A DNA stretch of 35,872 nt from a virus (Duplodnaviria > Caudoviricetes). Below the pieces are notes generated by a model, which did not search any database, was not told the origin of the DNA, and was given only the letters and a program-made list of their open reading frames with translations. The translations under genes were made by a program, and so were the position numbers. Shown here in pieces: positions 8,157 through 15,134 of the stretch. The stretch's first letter is position 1. Every line of letters starts with the position of its first letter. The stretch covers positions 1 through 35,872 of IMG/VR virus record IMGVR_UViG_3300024283_000074; one strand, written 5' to 3'.

Positions 8157-8452
8157 TGGTAGCGTAGACGAACGCGTGTACGAAAAGGTGCAAGTCGAAA
8201 GATTTGTACATATCGTACCCGAGGAAATTCAGGCCACGCCTCAACACAGAATTGTGGAAGTTGCAAGACGAGTAATCGTACAAGTAAGCCTCGGTAGTCG
8301 AAAGACTCATTGGAGCCGAGTAACTCTTTTCTGGTGTAACTTTAAATAGGACCCGAGTGCTTGTTGAGCACGATGAGGGTCGGGTTAAAGGCTCAGAGGA
8401 ATGTTCGCCCCGCGCGTAAGCGTATGACAAAAGTCTGATTATAGCGTTGCCA
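8157..8452 (+). ncRNA. rnpB: RNase P RNA (compact, phage-encoded)
   Basis: P1 ggtagcg/cgttgcc; GAGGAAATTCAGGC (8221) pairs with GTCTGATT of ACAAAAGTCTGATTAT (P4 with bulged U); AGAGGAATG at J18/2; AAATAGG; P2 cgaac/gttcg. Confidence 0.8.
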
Positions 8453-8460
8453 TTAATTTT

Positions 8461-8536
8461 CGTCTGCGATTTCGAGGGGCAGAATACTTCTCTCTTAAAG
8501 AAGCTGGTCTCGGTTCGAGCCCGAGGCGGACGACCA
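8461..8536 (+). tRNA. tRNA-Lys(CTT)
   Basis: cttct-ctCTTaa-agaag, A73-CCA. Confidence 0.8.
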
Positions 8537-8542
8537 AGTTTT

Positions 8543-8618
8543 GGGTTTGTAGCTCAATTGGCAGAGCACCTATCTTTTAAATAGGGGCGTGTAGGATCGT
8601 TGCCTACCGGACCCACCA
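8543..8618 (+). tRNA. tRNA-Lys(TTT)
   Basis: cctat-ctTTTaa-atagg, CCA; atypical T-loop atcgttg. Confidence 0.85.
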
Positions 8619-8621
8619 ATC

Positions 8622-8803
8622 TTACGGAGATGTTGGTTCGAGTCCAACACGGTTTCTTCGGAGGCCGTTCGTCGAATGGTAAGACACCGTTAAAACCGGA
8701 GATGTGAGTTCGAGTCTCACAAAAGCAATGTCGGAGCGATCCGAGGCGCGAGTCAGCCGTGTATACGGCGCGTCGCTTATGGTGCAATGGTAGCACGCCG
8801 TAA
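8622..8803 (+). ncRNA. tandem circularly permuted tRNA-like RNA (Y RNA/YrlA-like topology)
   Basis: two modules in the order T-arm, closed acceptor stem, D-arm; ends ttacgg/ccgtaa are complementary; no CCA. Confidence 0.6.
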
Positions 8804-8814
8804 CAATTTTCTGT

Positions 8815-8891
8815 AGAAGGCTAGCTCAATTGGTCAGAGCGGCTGCCTTACAAGCAGTAGGTTCACGGTTCGAGTCCGTGGCTTTCTACCA
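8815..8891 (+). tRNA. tRNA-Val(TAC)
   Basis: gctgc-ctTACaa-gcagt, canonical arms, CCA. Confidence 0.9.
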
Positions 8892-8897
8892 AATTTT

Positions 8898-9098
8898 ATG
8901 GGAAGAATAATACAACGCAAGATGTCTGGCTACATTCTGGATTTACCAGAACGACTAAAGTTGTTCGTCACCGACGGACGTACTGGGCAACGAATCGAGA
9001 TCAAAGACGATTTGGATTTCTGGATGCGAACAAGGTTCTCTTATTTCACCGAGGTTTTTGAAAAGCAAGGCTTGGACGGTTTTAAAAGTTTCGAATAA
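8898..9098 (+). CDS. hypothetical protein
   Basis: 66-aa ORF filling a gap between RNA genes; start uncertain. Confidence 0.45.
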   Translation: MGRIIQRKMSGYILDLPERLKLFVTDGRTGQRIEIKDDLDFWMRTRFSYFTEVFEKQGLDGFKSFE

Positions 9099-9118
9099 AC
9101 GAGTTTAACAGGTGACTT

Positions 9119-9355
9119 ATGACGTGGCAGGACGCACTCCTGATTCTCGAAGCAGTCATCTTGTTCTTGATTTATCTCGACGATCACGCGATGCGTCAGA
9201 TGGCAAAAGAAAGTTTGCTCATCAGTCGAGAGAGTTTAGAGGCACAGAAACAATATCTTGATCTAAGACGGAAATGGTACGAAAGCCGTTTGAAGAAGAA
9301 GGACAATGACAAGGCAGCAGTGGGATTTAGCTCTAGCGATAGCACGAACGGTTAG
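9119..9355 (+). CDS. membrane-anchored coiled-coil hypothetical protein
   Basis: AGGTG SD; hydrophobic N-terminus. Confidence 0.55.
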   Translation: MTWQDALLILEAVILFLIYLDDHAMRQMAKESLLISRESLEAQKQYLDLRRKWYESRLKKKDNDKAAVGFSSSDSTNG

Positions 9356-9413
9356 TGGTATGCTGAGCGCAACTGCTTCTCTCATCATTCTTTGGAAAGT
9401 GTTTCATCATTAA
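9306..9413 (+). CDS. small hydrophobic protein (35 aa, not in ORF track)
   Basis: AAGGA SD; MTRQQWDLALAIARTVSGMLSATASLIILWKVFHH. Confidence 0.4.
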   Translation: MTRQQWDLALAIARTVSGMLSATASLIILWKVFHH

Positions 9414-9480
9414 GTTTACTCGCGGACGCTGTGCTCGTAAGACACAGAAGGATGTACGATGAAGTCGTCCGCAAAATTTC

Positions 9481-9575
9481 ATTGGTCAGCATCGGTATGC
9501 AGCGGGCTCTTATAAAGCCCGGATTGACTCCTGATTAGAGTTGCCGATAGCGTTCGACTCGCTAGGCCAATACCA
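9481..9575 (+). tRNA. non-canonical tRNA-Ile(TAT) with long variable arm and reduced D-arm
   Basis: attggtc/ggccaat, gggct-ctTATaa-agccc, ~25-nt variable region, T-arm tagcg-ttcgact-cgcta, A73-CCA. Confidence 0.7.
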
Positions 9576-9579
9576 GTTT

Positions 9580-9662
9580 GGGCTTGTGGCGAAACAGGCA
9601 AACGCGGCGCACTTAAAACGCGCTCCGAAAGGTTATCGGTTCGATTCCGATCTTGCCCACCA
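9580..9662 (+). tRNA. tRNA-Leu(TAA)
   Basis: gcgca-ctTAAaa-cgcgc, variable arm, CCA. Confidence 0.85.
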
Positions 9663-9668
9663 AGTTAC

Positions 9669-9742
9669 GGCGTTGTAGTCTAATGGCAGAACACTTGGTT
9701 CTCAACCAAGTAGTCCGGGTCCGATCCCCGGCGACGTCACCA
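9669..9742 (+). tRNA. tRNA-Glu(CTC)
   Basis: cttgg-ttCTCaa-ccaag, CCA. Confidence 0.85.
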
Positions 9743-9779
9743 AGTTTTGAAGTAGATGTATAGTTGTAGGAGGGTTATA

Positions 9780-10085
9780 ATGAATGTTGTATCAGCAGTT
9801 GCAAATCTCGTAAAAGAACGAGATTATTATCGCGATTTAGTAAGTGAAGCCCAAGATGTGATTAGGCAACTTACAGAAGGCCCCGGGAACATCGAGTACA
9901 TCCATCCGATGGATTTAGCCAATGTCCTTAACGACATGACTATCACGGGCGCGAATGTAATTAAAGACGATGGATATACCGCATCGGGAAAAGATATAGA
10001 AATAATCGAAGCCGTCGGCAGCAAAAAGAAATACAGGCAGTCGATTATGATGCCGAGAACAAAGATCAAAGCCGAAGTCATCTAA
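9780..10085 (+). CDS. hypothetical protein
   Basis: AGGAGG SD before ATG at 9780; stop codon lies inside tRNA-Glu(TTC). Confidence 0.6.
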   Translation: MNVVSAVANLVKERDYYRDLVSEAQDVIRQLTEGPGNIEYIHPMDLANVLNDMTITGANVIKDDGYTASGKDIEIIEAVGSKKKYRQSIMMPRTKIKAEVI

Positions 10086-10144
10086 AGGCAGGATACGAGA
10101 CTTTCAATCTCGCGGCGAGGGGTCAGTACCCTCCTTCGGTACCA
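10071..10144 (+). tRNA. tRNA-Glu(TTC)
   Basis: cgaga-ctTTCaa-tctcg, CCA; atypical T-loop gtcagta. Confidence 0.8.
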
Positions 10145-10154
10145 AATTTTCAAT

Positions 10155-10230
10155 GGGGTTTTAGCTCATTCAGGAGAGCGCAGGTTTTGCAAATCTGAGG
10201 CGGTCGGGGCAGAGCCGACAAGCTCCACCA
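10155..10230 (+). tRNA. tRNA-Ala(TGC)
   Basis: G3:U70 pair, caggt-ttTGCaa-atctg, CCA; atypical T-loop ggcagag. Confidence 0.85.
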
Positions 10231-10289
10231 AATTTAAAGGAGATGTTATGACAGTTACAATTCATTAGATAACCTAGGAGGTTACTAAG

Positions 10290-10640
10290 ATGAGTAAGTC
10301 ATACCGTCGCCCGTACGCATCTATAACGGGCAACCGCAGTGCGAAGCAAGATAAGATTCTCGCGCATCGCGGTGAACGTCGCGCACAAAATTACGCACTC
10401 CGTGTTTGTCAAGATTGGGAAGAACTCTTTCTTCCACACAAACGTGAGTGCAATTGGAATAATGTTTATTCGTGGAGTCGAGACGGAAAACAACGTCTCC
10501 AAACTCGTAGCCAACAGTACAACAATCCGTTTGCCTATACAGCGTACTGTGATTGGTATTCTTCAAAAGAAATAATCGAGCGTTGGGAAGAAAGTAAACA
10601 GCGCGAAGATGAATGGTTGAAAGAAATTTCGAGAAAATAG
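10290..10640 (+). CDS. hypothetical phage protein
   Basis: AGGAGG SD; MSKSYRRP...KQDKILAHR basic protein. Confidence 0.7.
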   Translation: MSKSYRRPYASITGNRSAKQDKILAHRGERRAQNYALRVCQDWEELFLPHKRECNWNNVYSWSRDGKQRLQTRSQQYNNPFAYTAYCDWYSSKEIIERWEESKQREDEWLKEISRK

Positions 10641-10647
10641 TTTCTGT

Positions 10648-10721
10648 ACTCCGATGATGTAATGGTAGCATGGATGCCTGATTAGCGTTTCGTAAAGGTT
10701 CAAGTCCTTTTTGGAGTACCA
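10648..10721 (+). tRNA. tRNA-Ile(GAT)
   Basis: gatgc-ctGATta-gcgtt, canonical T-arm, CCA. Confidence 0.85.
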
Positions 10722-10807
10722 AGTTCGAACACAGTCGACACAACCGTCGTACGGCGTGCCTGTGCTAACATGTTGAAAGCGTCGATAACACATGTATAAT
10801 TTTCTAT

Positions 10808-10880
10808 AGCGGGTAGCTCTAGTGAGTAGGTCGCTCTCATAAAGCCACCGAGTCGGGCGCAAATCCCGGACCCGCAACCA
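10808..10880 (+). tRNA. tRNA-Met(CAT), initiator-like and divergent
   Basis: ctCATaa loop, 1:72 mismatch, acccgcaACCA end; weak D and anticodon stems. Confidence 0.6.
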
Positions 10881-10904
10881 CCTTAATCCTCAAAAAGAGG
10901 GACG

Positions 10905-11162
10905 ATGTTTGAAAAACAAATAGTCGTTGAGTTGTCGCATGAAGATCGTAAATTAATTCACGAGTTCAGGAGAACACTGATGGCATTCGCAGACTCAGTA
11001 GCAAAGCTTCAAGCAGACGTGGCGAAGTTGATTGCCGAGAACGGCCCGGGCGCAGTGGCAGCGGCAGTCGCAGCCAAGGACGCAGCGGACGCAGCAGCAG
11101 TTGACGCAGTAGACGCACAAGTTGTAGCAGCGTTAGTTCCTCCGGCAGCACCGGCGGCGTAA
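10905..11162 (+). CDS. Ala-rich hypothetical protein
   Basis: GAGGG SD; 85 aa. Confidence 0.6.
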   Translation: MFEKQIVVELSHEDRKLIHEFRRTLMAFADSVAKLQADVAKLIAENGPGAVAAAVAAKDAADAAAVDAVDAQVVAALVPPAAPAA

Positions 11163-11173
11163 TAAGTTTCAAA

Positions 11174-11249
11174 GAGGTATTGGTGTTTAATGGTAGCATG
11201 CTTCTCTTCCAAAGAAGCGGAATGGGTTCAAATCCCATACACCTCTCCA
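11174..11249 (+). tRNA. tRNA-Gly(TCC)
   Basis: cttct-ctTCCaa-agaag, U73-CCA. Confidence 0.85.
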
Positions 11250-11255
11250 TTCTGA

Positions 11256-11331
11256 GCGATGTTCGAATAATGGTAGTTCGGTGGCTTGCCAAGTCACAGG
11301 CGAGGGTTCGAGTTTCCCTCACGTCGCTCCA
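11256..11331 (+). tRNA. tRNA-Gly(GCC)
   Basis: gtggc-ttGCCaa-gtcac, U73-CCA; enlarged T-loop. Confidence 0.85.
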
Positions 11332-11431
11332 AGTTTCTAGAAAAGTCGGCACAGACTCTCCATAGGAGAGCGAAGTGAAAGTCCGAATCGTTTGTGCGGG
11401 GTAACGAAAACCTCACGCATAAAATTTCAGA

Positions 11432-11505
11432 GCCTTACTCGTCTAGTGGCAAGACGACGAGCTTGTACCTCGTAGACTTCGGTTCGATTCCGGGGTTTGG
11501 CTCCA
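11432..11505 (+). tRNA. tRNA-Thr(TGT)
   Basis: acgag-ctTGTac-ctcgt, CCA. Confidence 0.85.
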
Positions 11506-11524
11506 AAAGGTTTAGTAAGACTCT

Positions 11525-11716
11525 ATGCCAAACGACAAGGACGAAAAACAAACGCCGTATTCGTTGGCGAAGAAACATCGCGACATGACAGGGATAACAA
11601 ACCCCAAAGTATTATTGAAGTCCGATACGCAACGCATAGATAAGAACGTGTACGATCCGTTCGATAAAAATTATTCACACCGGGTAGACGCACCAGAGCC
11701 GGTGAAAACAACTTAG
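11525..11716 (+). CDS. hypothetical protein
   Basis: 63-aa ORF between tRNAs; PYSLA motif shared with 20160 and 20732 proteins. Confidence 0.5.
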   Translation: MPNDKDEKQTPYSLAKKHRDMTGITNPKVLLKSDTQRIDKNVYDPFDKNYSHRVDAPEPVKTT

Positions 11717-11790
11717 CCGGGAGCGCCCGATGGCAGGGCAACACTTTCGTAAAGTGTACTCCGTTGGTTCAATTCCAACTTCTGGCTCCA
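11716..11790 (+). tRNA. tRNA-Thr(CGT)
   Basis: gccggga/ttctggc, acact-ttCGTaa-agtgt, CCA. Confidence 0.85.
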
Positions 11791-11791
11791 A

Positions 11792-11866
11792 GCTTCGATG
11801 ATGTAGTCGATAGCATACGTCCTTGGTAAGGATGGCGCGGTGGTTTGATCCCACCTCGAAGCTCCA
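11792..11866 (+). tRNA. tRNA-Thr(GGT)
   Basis: cgtcc-ttGGTaa-ggatg, CCA. Confidence 0.85.
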
Positions 11867-11872
11867 ATTTAT

Positions 11873-11962
11873 GGATGAGCGGCGCAGTGGGAGTGGCGCG
11901 GCGGGCTGTAACCCCGTTGGTCCTTGCGACCGTAGAGAGTTCGAATCCCTCATCATCCACCA
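11873..11962 (+). tRNA. tRNA-Tyr(GTA)
   Basis: gcggg-ctGTAac-cccgt, long variable arm, A73-CCA. Confidence 0.85.
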
Positions 11963-12050
11963 ATTTCAACTCTGAACAAGGGGTTCCTGAAGTTAGGGAA
12001 GCAGAGATAATTTAACGAGCGCGCCTTGCCAACGCTCGCGGAGATGTACG

Positions 12051-12809
12051 ATGAAAGTTCTTCGCGCAGTCACGCTAGCAGCGTGTTTGGTTTTTGCAAG
12101 TTCGGCTCAAGCAGTTAACAAGAATCACGAGAGAGCCCAAAAAGCTACGATGGTTCTTTACGGGCACTCTGACGAACGCCACATGACTATCCCGTTGTGT
12201 ACAGCGTTCGTTTACGAGAAGTCGACTGACGGTTATTTTCTTTTGACCGCCGGTCATTGCTTTGACGAGAACCCGGCAGACGCAACGTACTACGTCGCGG
12301 ATCAAGTTATCGAGGACCCGCAAGTAGAAGACTTGCAGCCAGTCGAAGTGCTGAGACACGTCGATGACGGCAAGATGGACGCGGCGGAACTTCATTTCAA
12401 GACTAAGAAAGTCTACGAGGTTCTTGAGTTAGACAACAAGCCGACTAAGATCGACGACAAAGTTTTTTACGTAGGCTACCCCGAAATGTTGACGCAAGTC
12501 GTTTACGTCGGTCGAGTGTCTAGTGGTCCTATCAAAGTAGCAGGACACGTCGGAAGAGCAGAGTGCGACATTTGTAAAGGTCGAATCTTGATTCAAGACG
12601 GCGGTGGTCCCGGAGCCTCTGGCTCGGCTGTTATTAGCGAGAAGACAGGCAAGGTTATCGGCATTCTCGAAGGTCACGTTTTCGAAAATGGTGTCGTGGT
12701 TGTTCCCACCCCGTTGCTTAATGTGTACCTGAGTCAACAGCCAAAGAAAGAATCATCGAGTAAAGATTTTTTAGCGCGCCCGTCCGGAGAAACCCGATGG
12801 CAGGATTAA
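12051..12809 (+). CDS. secreted trypsin-like (S1) serine protease
   Basis: signal peptide MKVLRAVTLAACLVFASSAQA; catalytic motifs LTAGHC, D, GPGASGS. Confidence 0.85.
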   Translation: MKVLRAVTLAACLVFASSAQAVNKNHERAQKATMVLYGHSDERHMTIPLCTAFVYEKSTDGYFLLTAGHCFDENPADATYYVADQVIEDPQVEDLQPVEVLRHVDDGKMDAAELHFKTKKVYEVLELDNKPTKIDDKVFYVGYPEMLTQVVYVGRVSSGPIKVAGHVGRAECDICKGRILIQDGGGPGASGSAVISEKTGKVIGILEGHVFENGVVVVPTPLLNVYLSQQPKKESSSKDFLARPSGETRWQD

Positions 12810-12898
12810 TTTTAGTAGCCTTGCTTTTCGGATTGATGTTCTCCTTCGGCTTTTTGTTCGGACTGGGATTTCAACTAGCAAAGAAAGTGATTAAGTAA
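12797..12898 (+). CDS. small membrane protein (33 aa, not in ORF track)
   Basis: GGAG SD; MAGLILVALLFGLMFSFGFLFGLGFQLAKKVIK. Confidence 0.45.
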   Translation: MAGLILVALLFGLMFSFGFLFGLGFQLAKKVIK

Positions 12899-12914
12899 GT
12901 TTGTACGTACAATT

Positions 12915-12964
12915 AGTTGGGGAGTGCCCTTAACACTCCCCGACTTGCTCTTTAAGGGAGGGCA
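12915..12964 (+). promoter_or_regulatory. kissing-loop leader 3
   Basis: loops cccttaa (12927) / ttaaggg (12952); ATG at 12969. Confidence 0.8.
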
Positions 12965-12968
12965 CTAT

Positions 12969-13367
12969 ATGGGTAGTGATAGATGGAAACGAAAACACGC
13001 AGAAGAAATGCGAAAGTATCGTAGGGATTACTACTACAGAAATAAAGAAGAACACTATCAACGAAACCGTAAGCAAGCATCTAAAATTCGTTCTTTTATC
13101 AAGTCTGTAAAGAAAGCATCGAAGTGTGTGGTGTGTGGTGAAAAAGACATTAGATGTTTGGATTTTCATCACAAGAACCCCAAAATTAAAGAAAAGGCTA
13201 TCAGTCAAGTTTTTCGTGTAGGGTGGTCGTTAAGCCACCTCGAAAAAGAAATTGCCAAATGTGTAATACTTTGTTCGAACTGTCATCGTAAAAAGCACAT
13301 CTGTAAAGTGTGCAACCGATTCAAAAACAACCACAGCAGTAGATGTAGATTTTATTTAGGTCGTTAA
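12969..13367 (+). CDS. HNH endonuclease (related to 7122..7580)
   Basis: CVVCGEKDIRCLDFHH...EIAKCVILCSNCHR; start moved to the ATG after GGAGG. Confidence 0.85.
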   Translation: MGSDRWKRKHAEEMRKYRRDYYYRNKEEHYQRNRKQASKIRSFIKSVKKASKCVVCGEKDIRCLDFHHKNPKIKEKAISQVFRVGWSLSHLEKEIAKCVILCSNCHRKKHICKVCNRFKNNHSSRCRFYLGR

Positions 13368-13431
13368 GATAGTGGCAATCTGCTCGCCTCCAAATCGAGC
13401 AACGGGTGTCCGATTCACTCACGGCCTGCCA
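13358..13431 (+). tRNA. tRNA-Trp(CCA)
   Basis: aggtcgt/acggcct, ctCCAaa loop, G73-CCA. Confidence 0.85.
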
Positions 13432-13449
13432 ATTTTTAAGTGAGTCCAC

Positions 13450-13683
13450 ATGAACTGGAACACAGCGTTTGTTTACGGTTGGCTTGCAATTCTTCTTATA
13501 CTCGGCGGCTACGAAGGCTACGCTTTGTATCGCGGCAACGGCTATCAGCCGCCATTGACTCAAGTCGTTTGCAGATATGTTCCTTGGTGGATCACGCTGC
13601 CGTTCATCGGTTGGTTGTTCTACCATTTCGCTCGCCGATATGCCGACGCGGCGTACATCGCGCATTTGAAGACAGGCAAGTAG
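13450..13683 (+). CDS. membrane protein
   Basis: 77 aa, two hydrophobic segments. Confidence 0.6.
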   Translation: MNWNTAFVYGWLAILLILGGYEGYALYRGNGYQPPLTQVVCRYVPWWITLPFIGWLFYHFARRYADAAYIAHLKTGK

Positions 13684-13701
13684 AAAGATAGGAAGGTACA
13701 C

Positions 13702-14016
13702 ATGTTGGGTTTCGTATTCTCAGTGGCACTCGCGGCAGCCGTGGCAACGAATTATCTTGACTGGCACAAGACCGACGAGTTGATTCACAAGAACGGATTA
13801 GCTGGTGAAAAGAATCCGATCATGAGATTCTTTTTCTCGAAGTCGAAGTGGGCCGCATTGGCTTACAAGGCTTGGCCAATCGGTTTGCTCGGGTTCGCGT
13901 GGGCTCATTATCAGAACGGCGAATACGTGAATGAGACCACGTGGGCGTATGTTTGGATCGCAGGCGCGCTGCTTAGCGCTGCCGCAGGTCTTTACGGATT
14001 TTTGAAGTCGAAGTAA
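13702..14016 (+). CDS. membrane protein
   Basis: three hydrophobic segments, D..T...GEKNPIMR motif; GGAAGG SD. Confidence 0.65.
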   Translation: MLGFVFSVALAAAVATNYLDWHKTDELIHKNGLAGEKNPIMRFFFSKSKWAALAYKAWPIGLLGFAWAHYQNGEYVNETTWAYVWIAGALLSAAAGLYGFLKSK

Positions 14017-14020
14017 TTAT

Positions 14021-14110
14021 GGATGGTTGACGGAACGGCAACGTACGGTCCTGCTAAGACTGAGTCAACCTTAATTGGTTGTTTGTGTTCGAATCACAAA
14101 CCATCCGCCA
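14021..14110 (+). tRNA. tRNA-Ser(GCT)
   Basis: cggtc-ctGCTaa-gactg, long variable arm, G73-CCA. Confidence 0.85.
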
Positions 14111-14118
14111 AAGTTTAT

Positions 14119-14206
14119 GGAACGCAGTGCTCGATGGTGGGCAACTAGTCTTGAAAACTAGACTAACCTGAAAGGGTTAACTGTTCGACTCAGTTGTGTT
14201 CCTCCA
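14119..14206 (+). tRNA. tRNA-Ser(TGA)
   Basis: ctagt-ctTGAaa-actag, long variable arm, CCA. Confidence 0.8.
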
Positions 14207-14207
14207 G

Positions 14208-14281
14208 CCTTGTTTGGTGTAGAGGTCGCACCCTTGTTTGAAACACAAGTGGACACCGCTCGATTCGGTGAGCAAGGACCA
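14208..14281 (+). tRNA. tRNA-Phe(GAA)
   Basis: cttgt-ttGAAac-acaag, A73-CCA. Confidence 0.8.
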
Positions 14282-14291
14282 AATTTTCTGT

Positions 14292-14366
14292 TGGACGCTA
14301 ATGTAATCGGTAGCATAACTGACTTTGAATCAGTTCGTGAAGGTTCGAATCCTTCGCATCCAACCA
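14292..14366 (+). tRNA. tRNA-Gln(TTG)
   Basis: actga-ctTTGaa-tcagt, canonical T-arm, CCA. Confidence 0.9.
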
Positions 14367-14466
14367 ATCTTCGAGTCGTCGGTCAGGTACTTAGAAAGAA
14401 AATCGCGATAGCACTTTCTAAGGAAAAGGACCCCTTCGCCCTAGTGGGGACGACTTTTATTTCTGT

Positions 14467-14541
14467 TCGGATGTCATCCAATCGGTAGGATGCGACTCTC
14501 TGAAAGTCGTCATGAACGTTCGACTCGTTCCGCCCGAACCA
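14467..14541 (+). tRNA. tRNA-Gln(CTG)
   Basis: cgact-ctCTGaa-agtcg, CCA. Confidence 0.9.
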
Positions 14542-14598
14542 AGTTTTAGAAGTTGTAAAAAGTTTACCGCAGTTTATGCGGTATGAGGATAAACTAAC

Positions 14599-15009
14599 AT
14601 GCCAGCAACAAATGGGGCTCTTTTGGCCCAGTATCAAAGTTACGCCGCATCCACGCCCGTGGTAGCATCTGCGTTTACAGATAATACGTCTCAGGCTGAT
14701 CTTCTTCAGATTGCTAATGACGATGGCACAGCGATTTTAGCTGCCGTCGATTACACAGGCACTGTTCAGTTTAATGCTTCGGGTCTAACTGCTTCTCTCG
14801 GAAGTGGCGGGACTGGAAAGTATACTCTGAATCGCCAAGTCATTGGTCAATTCAGAACTAACCCCGGCACCACAATTACTACCGTAGCGCAAGCCTTCGC
14901 AGCAGCCTTCCCGACTAATCCCCAAAATCAAGACATTATTCAAATCGTCCAGCAAGGTGCGAACGTCGCTTACTACGTGGATAGTCTAGGTGTTTCTCAC
15001 GGATCGTAA
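14599..15009 (+). CDS. hypothetical, probable virion protein
   Basis: GAGGA SD; Ala/Thr/Gln-rich, internal repeat DLLQIAND / DIIQIVQQ. Confidence 0.65.
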   Translation: MPATNGALLAQYQSYAASTPVVASAFTDNTSQADLLQIANDDGTAILAAVDYTGTVQFNASGLTASLGSGGTGKYTLNRQVIGQFRTNPGTTITTVAQAFAAAFPTNPQNQDIIQIVQQGANVAYYVDSLGVSHGS

Positions 15010-15134
15010 AGATTAAGATAGCTGCACGGAGGCTCCTATGTGGAGCAGGCTTTGCGCTGTTTGTAAATTACCTCTTCGAAAGAAGACGGGAGAAGTTTTA
15101 GTTTGTCCACGTTGTTCGTGGATTTGGAGATAAT

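Noticed and set aside
7957-8349. 130-aa + strand ORF in the ORF track
   Set aside because: Overlaps tRNA-Cys and the RNase P RNA; no SD and no protein motif
10270-10289. taacct-agg-aggtta hairpin over the SD of ORF 10290 as a ninth kissing-loop leader
   Set aside because: Single hairpin with a 3-nt loop and no complementary partner loop
4800-14560. tmRNA within the RNA array
   Set aside because: No tmRNA-type 5' end paired with a distant G3:U70 T-arm/CCA end found; the only G3:U70 stem with Ala identity is the ordinary tRNA-Ala
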